DNA from: Octopus vulgaris
Taxonomy: Eukaryota
Reading direction: 5' to 3'
Assembly: GCA_951406725.2 (NCBI GenBank)
Contig: OX597815.1
Coordinates: 33,170,001-33,234,000 of the forward strand
Length of the DNA stretch: 64,000 nt
Part shown: piece by piece, positions 28,470 to 42,751 of the stretch
How positions within the stretch are numbered: position 1 is the stretch's first letter
Layout: each line of letters begins with the position of its first letter
The notes under the pieces: model-generated
Told to the model about the DNA's origin: nothing
Seen by the model: the letters and a program-made list of their open reading frames with translations, nothing else
Databases searched by the model: none
Position numbers and translations under genes: made by a program

Positions 28470-29765
28470 CTACCCAACGGTATGTCTCCGGATTCAGTCC
28501 CACTGCATGGCAATTTGGGTGAGTGTCTTCTACATTAAACTGTAATCCCGGGCCGACCAAAGCCCTGTGAACGGAATTGATTGACGGAAACTGAAAGAAG
28601 CCTGTAGTGTATATATATATATAGGGGATAATTCACAAAAAGACAAAAGACGAAGACAGGTGGTGTAAACAACAAACAGATGTATTAGTATAACGCTCGA
28701 GAAGTGAAAAAGTCTTTAACATTTCGAGCCTATGCTCGAAAGGAACACAGAAAGAAACACAGAAAGAAACAAGGAGAGAAAAGAAAGAATGTGTAGTGGC
28801 TAGCGATCTATCATGGCGAAAGCCGGACAGAAGGAGAGCTAGGGAAAAAGGGAGATAATAAAGTGGTGGTGATCCCAGAACGAAGGTGCGCATGTGTGTG
28901 TATAAGAGAGTTTGTATGTGCATGTAGAAGAGGGCTGGTGAACTTGACGTGTGCGTGTGTGTATTTGTAGGTGTGAAAATGTGGGTCTGAGAAATGGTCA
29001 GTGCTGATGTGAGCGTGGTGGTGTGTTGTGATGTGATGTGTTGTGTGGTATGGTGGTGTAAGGTGTAGTGGTGTGTGGTGTGGTGTGATGGTGTTGGGAG
29101 GTGGGGGAGGCGAGAGTGGGAAAAACAATGGTGGGGTTTGGGTTAGGCTGAGGGTGGGGGTAGAGGTGGATATGTGGGAATGGGTGTAAGGGATTGGGTG
29201 GGGTGGGATGGAGAAGGATAGGAATGGTGGGGTTGGAATATGTAGGGGTGGGGTGAACTTACGAGGGAGGGGTGACGATGAAGGGAGGAAGGGGAAGGTG
29301 GGTAGGAGTGAAGAGAAGAGAGAAGGAGAGTTGGAATGAAGAGAGGAAGTAGGATTCGGAGCAAGAGAGCAGAGGTGGGTGGGAGGATGTAAGTGTGAGG
29401 GGGAGATAGACGAGGTGAGGAGGTTAGATGAAGAGGGGAAGAGAGTTGAGCCCATGTGGCGCAAAGAGCGAAGAGAGATTAATCCCTGTTCACGGCGCAA
29501 ACATGTGTGTGTGTGTTTGTACCTGTAACCCCACTACTGCTTGACAACCGCTGTTGGTTTGTTTATGTTAACAGTTCAGCCGAAGGAACATTTAGAATAA
29601 GTACCAGGTTTAAAATAAGAAGAACCTATAAAGCAAGTACCAGAAAAAAGTACTGAGAAAATAAAACAAATAAGACTTTGGGTCGATTTGTTCGATTAAA
29701 TCCTTCACGGCGGACCCACAGCGTGATCGTGGTCCAAAGAATGAAACAAGCAGACAATAAAAGAT
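28470..29765 (+). mobile_element. SINE family A split by a PLE fragment (28623-29500, -)
   Basis: SINE 5' half 28470-28610 and 3' half 29505-29765. The insert has a GIY-YIG-like C-terminus (RREQGLIS), a CT-rich UTR, and a terminus matching 42357-42512 with the HHR core deleted. Confidence 0.75.
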
Positions 29766-30374
29766 TAAAGATTTCGTTCAGCGTCTCATATAGAAAATAT
29801 ATAGTCAGTGAGGTTGATAACTTATAATAAAGTCATTTTCTGTTGTTCCGTGTGAAGAGGGAGAAAAGCAGTTTTAAAGCATTGTTTATTATTATACTAT
29901 ATATGAAAACATTTCACGCATTCGGAATGTATGTATGCATGAAATAATGGCGACATTCGTGGTGAGTTTGTAAGAAAAGAAGAAATTACTAATGGATTTC
30001 GGAAAGACAAATACCAAAAGCAAAAATACTATACAGAGAAAAACTCGGTGAAGGAAGGACAGTAAATTGGTGAGCAAAAAGTAGTAGATGTTCTAAAATA
30101 AGTGTGTATATGTGTGCGTGCCTGTGGGGGGGGATTTCCTTTCAGTTATTGGTAGAATATAATGAACTAGAAATATTTGCCAGAAATATATATATAAAAA
30201 TATATTTTCTGTTTAATAAGAAAAACAATTATGATAGTGAGAGACAATGCTAATATTGATACTAGTAGCAGTAACAACAATAACAACAGTAAAACAGCAA
30301 TATTTGTAACAAGAGCAACAGCAACAACAACAATAACCAACAACCAACAACAACAACGGTAATAATAATTTCTA

Positions 30375-30579
30375 ATATAGGCAGAAGGCCTGCAATTTTG
30401 AGGGAGGAAACTAGTCAATTACATCGATCCCAGTACTTGACTGGTATCTATTTTATCAACCCAGAAAGGATGAAAGGCAGAGTCGACGTCGGAGGAATTT
30501 GAACTCTGAACGTAAAGACGGGCAAAATGCCGCTAATCATTTTGCCCGGCGAGCTAACGATTCTGCCAGCTCGCCGCCT
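30375..30579 (-). mobile_element. SINE family B (standard tail)
   Basis: Reverse complement similar to 58299-58470 and 58850-59020. Confidence 0.8.
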
Positions 30580-30622
30580 TAACAACATCATCATCATCTT
30601 CATCATCATCATCATCATCATC

Positions 30623-30665
<43 letters not shown>

Positions 30666-30957
30666 GCAACAATAATAATAATCTATGCTCTATTTCATTT
30701 TTGACTTGGCATTTGTTATTCGATCGAAATTCTATCATATATCCTCTGGGAACAAAGTAAAGGATGCTATCGAGAAACCATTTCTACGAAACCAATGGGA
30801 AACTAGTGTTATTAGATTTTATATTACTTTCCAAATGTCCAACACCACTATCGATTATTGTTCTTGGTGTTTCCATATTCCAAAGGACATGCCAAATTTG
30901 TGTAAGCTATTATTATCATTAATTTGTTCCCAAACACGCAGTTCATCGTCATCATTA

Positions 30958-30989
<32 letters not shown>

Positions 30990-31846
30990 AATGATGATGA
31001 TGACGATGATTTTAGGATTAGCAATTATGGTGGTAATGATCTTGCTTTATTTATTTATTTATTTATTTACTGTCAATACTGTTAGTGAGCATTGATTGAG
31101 TTTGTCTTCGGAACATATCAAATGGCTGAATTACAATTAATTTAATAACTGAAAGATGCCAAGTAGTCGGTGTCTAAGCAACAAGCGAGAATGCTGGTCA
31201 ACGGCCTAGCTTCTCAGTAGCTAATTTCTCATACCCAAATTTCTCATACAGGTACACGATCACATATTTTGCAGCTGCGCTCAGTATATTAAAGTGACCA
31301 CCTAACTTGACTGACACTGATTTTATTGACTAGGACTGATAACAAACAAAGCTGACACCTGAAATGATTTCGAATCACAAAGTAAAAGAGTGCGACTTAA
31401 ATTAGAGCACTGGAAGATTTTTTGTCTGGTCCTGTACTAATTTTGCCATTCATAGCGTCACCCTGCTAGAAATAGCCATAAAACTTCCGTGAATTGTTCC
31501 GAGGAAAAAATACAGCATACTGACGGTTAAATACTTTTTACTTAAGCAAATATAGTAATTGTAACGCTAATGAATTTTATGTGAAGTCGCGGGGATGACT
31601 ATGGTGCAGTGATTAGACACTTGAAAGTGTGTGATGACTCAACGTAGTTAAATATGTTTAATAAGTTTGGAATTAACTTCTCAAGAGTTAGCTTGCGACT
31701 CACACGAGGAAAGTAAGTTCACGCTTGTGTTCTGATTACGAATACAACAGATTATGATAAGCTAAGTGTTAGAAAAGGTTTACTTCAGTAAATCCTTAAT
31801 TCTGCCTGACAATTAAGGGTACACATATTTGTAGAATTCTCAACTA

Positions 31847-31970
<124 letters not shown>

Positions 31971-32006
31971 TTATCTATATATCTAGCTAGCTAGCTAGCT
32001 AGCTAT

Positions 32007-32563
<557 letters not shown>

Positions 32564-35189
32564 ACTAACTAAGCATCATGCTGTTGTTTTTGTTGTCGCC
32601 ACCACTTCATATCAGTATTAGCATTGTCTCCCTCTATTATCATTGTCTTTCTTATTAAGCAGACAATTTATTCTTGTTTATTTTTTTGGCAAATGTATCG
32701 ACTTCGTTATATTCTACCAATAACTGAAAGGATTTTCCCCGCCACCACCACACACACACTTTATAGCATCTGCTTCTGTTTTCTTCTAACCAATTTACTG
32801 TTCTTGATTCAATAAGTTTTTATCTGAAGAGTATTTTTGTTTCCATGTGTTTACGCTCTTGCGTTGCTTTTTCTCGCCCACATCGCGGAAAATAATAGAG
32901 TGCAATTTAGTGCTGTTTATCATTTTACTGGCGCTGAAATATTGTTGTTTTTTTTAACACATCGACAAAGATACTCTGTATTTAGTTATGTCGCCAGATA
33001 TATTCCACAAAAGAAAATTTACCTATTGTCAGAACATGCTCTAACGATATATAACCTACCCGCCAATGGCAGTCAGTGGCGTGAGTCCAATATCGCCGTT
33101 TAATAATAGGCGATGATAAAAGTATATCGTTTAGTGTTCTTAGGAAGTTGGTTGATTTCAAATTTTTACATGTACCACGTCTTGCTTTACTAATCTGTTC
33201 TCGATGCTATTCCTGAGTACTGGCTCTGGGCATTCCATTTTTGATGGTAATAAGGCTTGGTTGGGTGTGACAGTGATGGCATCTTGGATATTAATGGAGG
33301 TACTACACGGCAACAAAATAAACAAAGATGTTAGAATATGATAAACTTACGAGTGTGTGACTGAGATAAACATTCATTTTTAACCTTCCGTGTGATATTT
33401 AAATACTGTGATTAAACCATGTTCCTCTCTCCCAAAAGAAAATTAGATCAGCTAGCTTCAACATTTTTATCCCTTTATCAAAAATGGTTACTCATTTTTC
33501 TAACCACATTAGAATAGTAGCATATAGCTATTTACAGAATACAGAAACTCTGACAGAATTAAATTGGTTTATCTTATTTAATGTAACAGTGGAGCACAAA
33601 TGAGTAATAGAAGTAATACTCTGGCAACAGAAATGAGTAATAGAAGTAATATACACCGTTAGTATAAATGGGTTGATGTTTGTTTCGTTACAGTAAAGTT
33701 AAAACAAATGTCCACTTAAAACATTTACATTGCGTATGCGTGATTTTGTCCGTTTTTGTGTTATATTTACATTTACCAGGGTAAGCTGGTGTCATATCCC
33801 GTACCATTTTAGAGGCAAAACTTAGCGATTCTAAAGATACAGACTCTTAGGATTGATTAAAACTTCTGAGGGCAGTGCCCCAGCCTGGTGCAGTCCACTG
33901 ACTGCAGCCAGTAGAATAAAAATGGATGTAAAACAATAAAGAATATTAACATTAAACTTTTCTTAATACCAATACGAGATTAATAAAAGCAACAAAGCCA
34001 CTAAAAATACTAGAAACACGTATGCTCAATGTCAGATACCACTGTTACCGATTACAATAACTGAAATGGCATTTCTTTCTTCCCCACCTTCCTTTTTTTT
34101 TGTTTAGTTTTCACTGTGTACCCGCCAGGTCCAAAAGTAGATCGTCTGTTATTTAACAATTCTAATGGTGCAATGTCATCTCTGATTTGTGAACTCCATA
34201 ATAATTTACTCTTTCAAGTAAATAATTTACTCTTTAACAGTTAGAAGTTTTTAATACGAATAATATCAAACCTTATACCTTTACTAAACGTCAGCATGAG
34301 ATGCTCTCGACAAACAAGTGGAGATCAAAAAGACTAATAAAGGGACTTGAACTACGTATCGCTTGTTAGAAGATTGAAATGATGTTAACATTTTATGGAG
34401 TTCATATTCACTTCATTTTTATAATAGATACAAATGTCTAACAGCTTTAAGCGAACTGTTAATCTCAACATAGTATTTGCATGCTTCACCAATAATTCAC
34501 TTGTTTCAACAAAACAAAGTAAAATTTATTTCTTCGGGTGTTTTCAATAAAATTTGACGCAATTTTTTAAAGCATCCCAAAATAATGATATACTGTATTC
34601 CAGTTATTTTTACTATCCAGAATCTACAGTATAATTTTAAAGAAGCTTCTGGACAGAAGAATCTCGAAAACTATTATATAATGTTCAGTTCGATATCATT
34701 ATTTCCAACTTTTCGTGCATAATCCGTCAAAATTTGTGGAGAAAATACGAAATGCATACAAATACTTTATTTAAGAGTAATTACTAAACTGGAGGCGCCA
34801 TATTGTACGATAGTTCCACAGTGAACTACAATATAACTGATTCTTTTGTATAGATGTTTGCAGATTTCTGTATGTGTGAAACTGTACAGTTATGCGTGTA
34901 TTTGTTTATTTCTTAGTTTCTTTATGTGTGTATTGGGGGCGGGGGAGGGGGATGAATATGAGCTCGTTTGTATTTGCAGCGTTACAATGTGTTTTTATAT
35001 ATATATTTTCCATTATTTTTATGAACGCAGAAGACGGAAACTTATAAAACTAATAAAAAGAATTCCTATACCAATTAAGCTGAAGTTGCTGCAAGTAATG
35101 TTCATACTGCACTTATTGGCGACGATGATAATGACACGGATGATGATGGTGATGGTGGTGATGACAACAAAACAGCAACAGCCATAATA

Positions 35190-35249
<60 letters not shown>

Positions 35250-35251
<2 letters not shown>

Positions 35252-35740
35252 CGAATCGAATGAGTACTGGAGTCGGAAAAATGTAAGATTTTGTGGGACA
35301 TACATATTCAAACGGATAAGAAGCTAGAAAGTAATAGACCGGTTATTACAATTATAGAAAAGGTAAAGCGAAGTTGCTTACTAGTCGACCCATCACGCCC
35401 GTTTGATTCCAGGATCGTAAAGAAAGAGGAAGAAAAATAAAACGTATACAATCCTTTAAAATTTGAAATAGGAAAATTTTGGAGCATGCGAACACTAAAG
35501 GTCGTACCTATAATTGGTGTGTTGGGAACAGTAAGCAAAGGAAAAGTCAAATGGCTGAAGGAGATTGGAATAGAATGCCCTGTAGAACTCCCACAGAATG
35601 TTTGCCTCTTAGTGACTGCAAGGATTATCAGGAGGGTTCTCAGCAGTTGAAAGACTACTGAAAACTTGTGGATCCCTTAGGTTACTAGTAGCAACCTGCT
35701 ACCCACATAATTCCTACCAGGAATAAGACTGAACCTGATG
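35250..35740 (+). mobile_element. Degenerate Dong/R4 endonuclease 3' fragment
   Basis: KILWDTYIQTDKKLESNRP..LLVD. Follows a (GAT)n tract. A more decayed copy lies at ~36290-36700. Confidence 0.7.
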
Positions 35741-37153
35741 AGGCGGAAGAGAAAGAAGAGGATAATTGCCAGATAGCGAGTCACACTCTTACCATGCTTG
35801 TTTTCCATCACATTTTCACAAATCGATAGAGTGAGACTGGGTGTCGAATTTTTCAGCTTTCTGATTACTTCATTGGACCGGAACTGTGACGAGTGATGTT
35901 GTTGGAACAGTGGTCCAGTAGCTGCTGTGTTGTTTCTAGTTCAGTTGTTGTCCCTTCTTGAACTTTTCTAGTTCTTTAGGGGAGACACTCTAAAGTATCT
36001 CTTACTGTAACGGTGTAACAGCTAAGTTTTCTGCCCTACACCTCTAGTTTCATGTTTTTCTTTTTCTTTCTGAGCTCACGACAAGATAACTTCTGGAATT
36101 GTTTTATAGTTTCAGGAGTCATCAGGGCGTTTATATCCATATTGTCTCCACCCAAAATATGCTTTTTATTTCTTGGACGTTTAACTACGATTTGACCATA
36201 GTCACCGCAAAAGTGACTGTAAGCGAATGTATTTCTTAGCACCTTTAGAAATACACTGGAAATTATGAGGAAAATATAACTAAAGAAGAGCTGATACGTG
36301 ATATGAACAGCAACCTAATACAGTGGGAATACAACGTTCAGTGCCTTCGTATGATAGAGACAAAAATATTAGACATTGTTATCGTCAATGACAAAAGAAA
36401 AAAACACTGCAGTATAACTGATATAGCATCTCTGGGTGACAGCAAAGTGGATGAGATGAAACAAGACATGATTCAGAAGATCTGAAATGAGCAGTTACAA
36501 AAATGTGGAGCGTGGAAAATATGGAAGTTTTTCCAGTAGAATAGGCGCTAGCTTTCATACAATCATACTTAAAATAATCAAATTATAAATGAGGATTGGG
36601 ACAGAATATTACATTACCGTAAACTGCAGTACTCTGAAGGAAGCTGCTCGAAAACTGAGATGATAAAAGGAACATAACGAACACTTGGTTATTAAGTTTT
36701 GCTCCATTCATTGCATAAACGAAACATGAACTGTCCGTAAAGTGGATGACAGCATTAAAGATGATGACATAATGAGGAGGAAAAGGAGAAAGGGATAATA
36801 GCCGCCTTACAATAACAAAAATGCTGAAGGGTGCACTTGTAAATACGTTTTTTAAAGTACTTGCACTGACTGGTGAAATGGTTTTGCCTTTTGTCTCTTA
36901 AGTAATCTGATGCAAATATTCGCACTAATTACCGTTTAGCTGCCACATGTAAATATACAAACGGAGTACAAGGCAAATAACCATCAGACAGATTCAGTCT
37001 TTGAGGTTGGAATATCACCAAACATCATAGCGGGAAACCGTATCATTTCGTCAAGTGTTAAATGAATGATTAATACTTTGAAAGTGAAAAAGCACGGAAA
37101 TAAAGCGTGAAAAACTGTGACAAACAAGAAATGAGGCCTTTCTCGACAGAAAA

Positions 37154-37630
37154 TCTTTATATATAAAAGTCAAGTTGTGTGTCTGTCTCCTACGATTTAG
37201 ATTCCTAACTACTCCCACATTTTGCGGTGCAGTTTAACCAAAACCGGGTATCTTATAGTCGTGATTCATATCGAGCCCTTCTGGGTATTAGCGCGCGTCT
37301 ACGATGAGTCTACGATTTAAAAAAAAAATTACCATCATTTTTTTCCATTTTAATGCATTTTTTCGCTATTATATAAGGGAAGTAACTCTCTAAAAATGTC
37401 TACGATGAGGCAACGATTTTAAAAATATTTACCATCGTTTTTTTCGCTATTATATAAGGGAAGTAACTCTCTAAAAATGTCTACAATGAGTCAATGATTT
37501 TAAAAAAAATTTACCATCATTTTTTTCATTTTTAATGCATTTTTTTGCTATTTTTTTGCTATAACTCTCTAAAAATGCTTATATAGTTATTTCCCTTACA
37601 AACCCGAGCAACGCCGGGCGATACTGCTAG
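37154..37630 (+). mobile_element. Non-autonomous Helitron
   Basis: 5' TC, 3' hairpin + CTAG. Same family as 12044-12441 with one extra internal repeat unit. Confidence 0.88.
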
Positions 37631-37896
37631 CATTATCTAAATGAAACAGAAATAAAATAGAAGTATAAGAGAGCGCGAGATGAATACGTTTTTTAAACTA
37701 CTTGCATATTTCAAACTGACAATCTACTCTAAAGTGAGACTAACACAGCTTGCACCTGATCTAAAAGTAGTTATGAATCCCAAGAAGACCAGCAAATATA
37801 AAAAGATGAGTGGCCAAAGCCTAAAAGATATCAGAAGATATTGGTCATAGAATTATTACATTTGAAAGAAAGGATACGTATGTGGGCATGTGTGTA

Positions 37897-37945
<49 letters not shown>

Positions 37946-38383
37946 TTAACAATTAAGGATAAATTCTTAATAAGGAATCTTAACAAGAAATTATCAGGTA
38001 GTTAGCGTGAAAAACCTCATAAGAGAAAAAAATTCGAAAATAATTTTTTTCCTTTTGAAAATATTAATTTATATTGTATAGAGGGCATTATTACACATAA
38101 ATGCCTCACACTAAGAGGGACATAAGTCATTACTACCAAAATTTCACTAATCGTACCCACATATATATATATATATATATATATATGTGCATGTGTATTT
38201 GTCTATGTGTGTATGTGTTTATATATATATATATATATATATAGCATTAAAAGTGGACAACCTCACCAACGCAACATACACCAGAACACGTGGCAACATG
38301 AACACCCGTTTCACCACGAATCGAAGACGAACTACGGTAAGAACTCTTCCCATTTTGTATGCAAACACCCTAATGCACACAAC

Positions 38384-41017
38384 ATGAACAAAAAGCACAA
38401 ACAAAATAGATATTGTTTTGAACAGACCATTAGCAGTAGAAATAACAGGAGATCATTTTCAAGACCTCAACAGAGATTACCCACAAGAAACTGGACAAAA
38501 AACCGATCTAGATCTAGAAGTAAACCCAGATCATTTCTCCAGGTGGTTAAAAACAATGCTAACAAGAAATTGAAAAGTAGCATACATAATACCAAAAACA
38601 AGACAGAAAACATAACGAAACCAAGTAAAGTACCACAACCAAAACGCAAAATTCATCAAGCAAACATCAACAGGAATATAAATCATAACCAGAAAAAAAA
38701 TCCATTTTTTTACGTCAGGACAACAAACACCGGAGAAAGAAAAAATCCAAGAGGAAACATACCCCAAACAACTGAACGTATAGATCCTAAAATAATTAAT
38801 TTATCAAAAAGAGATCTTGACAATGATGAAATCCAACTTCTGTCAAAAGGACTGAAATTCACACCTACACCAACAGCCAACCACCAAGAATTAAAGGAGG
38901 ATATCCAAAAATTCTGTCGAAAATTACGACTTGTAGAATTCTTCGCTAACAAAAGTAATGAGATTGATGAATCCCTAGTAAGGAATAAATCAAATTTCAC
39001 CCCACCAAAAGGAAGAAATAACTACCTTGACCAATACATTGATATCCTGTCTAAATTTCCCCTTAGACGCAATACCAATGTTAGGCCAAACATTAGCAAA
39101 TCAGAGATGTCTGCATGTAAACGTATACAAAACGATCAAACAATAATAATTAAACAAGCAGATAAAGGTGGTGCAATTGTTATTATGGATACCGAATACT
39201 ATAAGGATTTGATTGAAGACCAATTGAAGGATACAACCTTCTATTGTGAAATACCCGCAAATATAGACCACCACATCATGAAAAAGATCAACAACCTGAT
39301 TTCAACACACCACAACTCACTTACGGATAATGAAAAAGACTACATCACCAATTTTGAACCAAAACCCAGCAACTTCTACGGCTTACCAAAAATACACAAA
39401 TCAAAAAACATTCAACAGGCAGTAAAAGAACAAGAAAGTGAGTACATAAAATTATTACATCCAAAAGACCTAAAACTTAGACCTATTATAGCTGGTCCAG
39501 CATGCCCTACACACCGTCTAAGCAATTTTATTGACATTGTTTTGAAACCACTATGTACTTACATACCAAGTTTCATCAGGGATGACATCGACTTCCTGTC
39601 CCATCTTCCCAAAACAACAGAAACAAATTCAGTTTTACTAAGTTTTGATGTGGTAAGCCTCTACACCAATATTCCACACGATTTAGGAATAAAGGCGATT
39701 AAATACTGGTTAGAAAAACATAGAGAAGTGATTCCCAGCAGATTCACAGTGCCATTTATATTAGACACAGTCAAACTTATTCTAGAAAATAACACATTCT
39801 TCTTCAATGGAAAGAATTACATCCAAATTAGAGGCACGGCGATGGGAACGAGGTTTGCTCCCGTTTACGCCAACTCTGTAATGGGATACTTAGAAGAACA
39901 ACTCTACCAAGAGGTGGAGGTAAACTATGGCACTGGATTTAGAAAGTATATTGAAAAGGCATGGAAGAGATACCTAGACGACTGTTTCATAATCTGGACA
40001 GAATCTCTAAATACTCTGGAAGAGTTCAATATCCTCCTGAACAACCTACACCCATCTCTCAAATTTACAAAGGAGATGAGTAGTACCAAATTACCATTCC
40101 TGGATATAATGGTAATTAAAAAAGACACCACCATCACCACAGATATATACTATAAACACACAGACACACATCAATACCTAAATTTTAAGTCGTGCCATCC
40201 ACCACATACAAAACGTAACATCCCATACTGCCTAGCCAGAAGAATTTGTACTATTGTAGAAGATGCAAATATCAGGAACAAACGCCTAATAGAACTAAGA
40301 GAATTTTTGCTCAAACAAAAATACCCATCTCTACTTATAGAAAATGGCATACAGCGGGCTATAAAAATACCTATACAACAACTTAGGACAACCCAAGGAA
40401 GAGGAAAACAAGAACAAGTCATACCATTCATAGTGACACACAACCCATGTCACCAGAATATCTTCAACATTGCCAAAGCAAACCTACCAATCATTGCCCA
40501 AAGTAATGAATTAAAAGACATAATCAAGGATCGAGCTATGGTGCTTAGTAAAAGACAGCCTAAAAACTTGAAAACATTACTAACAAAGGCAAAATTTGAC
40601 CTCAGCAACAAAGACCAAACATTCACGGTATCTAAATGCAATGATAGCCGATGTGGCACATGCCAATTCATACATACCGGTCAATATATAAACACAAAAA
40701 CCGGGAAAATATTCACAAACGCGAATATGAACTGCAAAAGCAGAAATTTAATTTACTGCATCAAATGCCCAAATTGTGAAGAAATATATGTAGGTCAGAC
40801 GGGAAACGCACTATTAGAACGCTCACGTGTACACCGGCAACAGATTAGAGACCCAGAGGTCCGTCAGATACCTTTGAGTAACCACCTAGCAACATGTGGT
40901 CGGAAAATATATATAATATTTCCATTCTACAAATTACACAGCCCAAGTGAAATCGAGAGGAAAATCAGAGAAAAGAATTTTATTGATAAATTCGAACCCA
41001 AGCTAAATAAGCAATAA
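38384..41017 (+). CDS. Intact Penelope-like element ORF (Neptune-type): RT + GIY-YIG endonuclease, 877 aa from first ATG
   Basis: IINLS..LLSKGLKFTPTP, IKQADKGGAIVIM, FYGLPKIHK, LRPII, SFDVVSLYTNIP, GTAMGT, RYLDD, LPFLD, YLNFKSCHP, Cys linker CNDSRCGTC, NLIYCIKC..YVGQT..R..H..E..LN. No internal stops. The frame stays open back into the (TA)n at ~38243. Confidence 0.96.
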   Translation: MNKKHKQNRYCFEQTISSRNNRRSFSRPQQRLPTRNWTKNRSRSRSKPRSFLQVVKNNANKKLKSSIHNTKNKTENITKPSKVPQPKRKIHQANINRNINHNQKKNPFFYVRTTNTGERKNPRGNIPQTTERIDPKIINLSKRDLDNDEIQLLSKGLKFTPTPTANHQELKEDIQKFCRKLRLVEFFANKSNEIDESLVRNKSNFTPPKGRNNYLDQYIDILSKFPLRRNTNVRPNISKSEMSACKRIQNDQTIIIKQADKGGAIVIMDTEYYKDLIEDQLKDTTFYCEIPANIDHHIMKKINNLISTHHNSLTDNEKDYITNFEPKPSNFYGLPKIHKSKNIQQAVKEQESEYIKLLHPKDLKLRPIIAGPACPTHRLSNFIDIVLKPLCTYIPSFIRDDIDFLSHLPKTTETNSVLLSFDVVSLYTNIPHDLGIKAIKYWLEKHREVIPSRFTVPFILDTVKLILENNTFFFNGKNYIQIRGTAMGTRFAPVYANSVMGYLEEQLYQEVEVNYGTGFRKYIEKAWKRYLDDCFIIWTESLNTLEEFNILLNNLHPSLKFTKEMSSTKLPFLDIMVIKKDTTITTDIYYKHTDTHQYLNFKSCHPPHTKRNIPYCLARRICTIVEDANIRNKRLIELREFLLKQKYPSLLIENGIQRAIKIPIQQLRTTQGRGKQEQVIPFIVTHNPCHQNIFNIAKANLPIIAQSNELKDIIKDRAMVLSKRQPKNLKTLLTKAKFDLSNKDQTFTVSKCNDSRCGTCQFIHTGQYINTKTGKIFTNANMNCKSRNLIYCIKCPNCEEIYVGQTGNALLERSRVHRQQIRDPEVRQIPLSNHLATCGRKIYIIFPFYKLHSPSEIERKIREKNFIDKFEPKLNKQ

Positions 41018-41342
41018 TAATAATACTTAGAGGTATTACTTCCACTGCTACGACCATGACCACTAACAACAACAACAATACTAAAGGTGATCAAGACGAA
41101 GATAGCAGGAAAATTATCTTATTTAGGGTTAAAAGTTCTATTGCCACCACCATCACCACTAGCAACAATAATTAAGGTGCTGACAATGATGATGATGACA
41201 ATTGAAATATAAAAATATAAAAATATAAAAATCTCTGACAAAGGATATTTACAACATTTCTAAAAATAACCCAACAATTGCTGCTTCGGCCAGGGTCAAG
41301 ATACAGGACTCTTGACCTGTCCAACAAAGCGTGATGCCTAAA

Positions 41343-41484
41343 CCAATCAGCTCAACCAACCAATCAGCTTAAGTAATTGAGTGATACTACACACTGATTG
41401 GTCAGAATACAGTTTGCAAAACCTAGCACTCTGGAGCCTACCCAGCTGTATTTATAGCACAGAATCACTCATCTTGCTACAGTC
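41343..41484 (+). promoter_or_regulatory. Putative Pol II promoter in the PLE pseudo-LTR
   Basis: CCAAT at 41343 and 41360, ATTGG at 41397, TATTTATA at 41449, and Inr-like CAGT at 41480 (~31 nt downstream of the TATA). Confidence 0.55.
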
Positions 41485-41519
41485 AAAAATTGTGAAGCAT
41501 GACTGTCAACACTACTACA

Positions 41520-41564
41520 TGAACCCGAAGATTGCAGAATTCAATGCATGAAAGTACTAGTTCA
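41520..41564 (+). ncRNA. Type I minimal hammerhead ribozyme (CCGAAGA variant core)
   Basis: UGAAC CCGAAGA U UGCA gaauucaa UGCA U GAAA GUAC UA GUUCA: 5-bp helix I, palindromic helix III. Confidence 0.8.
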
Positions 41565-41726
41565 ATCAGAATGAATATTTAACATTCTACTATTTCATTT
41601 TATTTTAATCAATTATAATATATTATCTTATAATATATCATTATAAGATTGTAAATAAAACGTGAAAATCAGACAAGGTTGGAATTCTTTTTATTAATAT
41701 ATTCTTCTATACACAATCACCCACAC

Positions 41727-41812
<86 letters not shown>

Positions 41813-41911
41813 GCATGCATGTGTGTATGTATATGTGTGTGTGTGTGCGTGTATGTATGCATAAGTAGAATAAGAAATAGAAATAATAAGTCGTTGGTAC
41901 AGTATTATATG

Positions 41912-42079
41912 TCTGAAAAAATGACTAGAAATGGCTTTTCTGAAAACGTTTCCACTTTAATAATTAGATGTTCTTAGTTCATAAGTTATTAGGTATTTTA
42001 AAACACCTAATAACTTATGAGCATCTAATTATCAGAGTAGAAAAATTATAAAAGTCATTTCTTCTATTCATTTTTTTCA
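41912..42079. repeat. Imperfect palindrome / MITE-like hairpin
   Basis: Inner arms TCATAAGTTATTAGGT / ACCTAATAACTTATGA, extending imperfectly out to TGAAAAAATGA / TCATTTTTTTCA. Confidence 0.7.
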
Positions 42080-42166
42080 AATATATACATATATATATAC
42101 ATTTATGAACACGTATATATAAATGTATATAAATACATATATACAAATACATACATACATGTATAT

Positions 42167-42219
<53 letters not shown>

Positions 42220-42259
42220 TATGTATATATATATATATAATTATATATATGTGTATATA

Positions 42260-42512
<253 letters not shown>

Positions 42513-42602
42513 TGTATGTGTATATATATATATATATATATAAATATATATGTATATGTATGTGTATATATATATATATATATACACACATATATATATA
42601 TA

Positions 42603-42669
<67 letters not shown>

Positions 42670-42680
42670 ATATATATATT

Positions 42681-42751
<71 letters not shown>

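Noticed and set aside
28811-29500. 229-aa Pro/Ser/His-rich ORF
   Set aside because: Low-complexity PLE 3' UTR; only the first few residues resemble PLE protein.
38207-38383. N-terminal extension of the 936-aa ORF call
   Set aside because: Starts at a non-ATG codon within TG/TA repeats; the first real ATG is at 38384.
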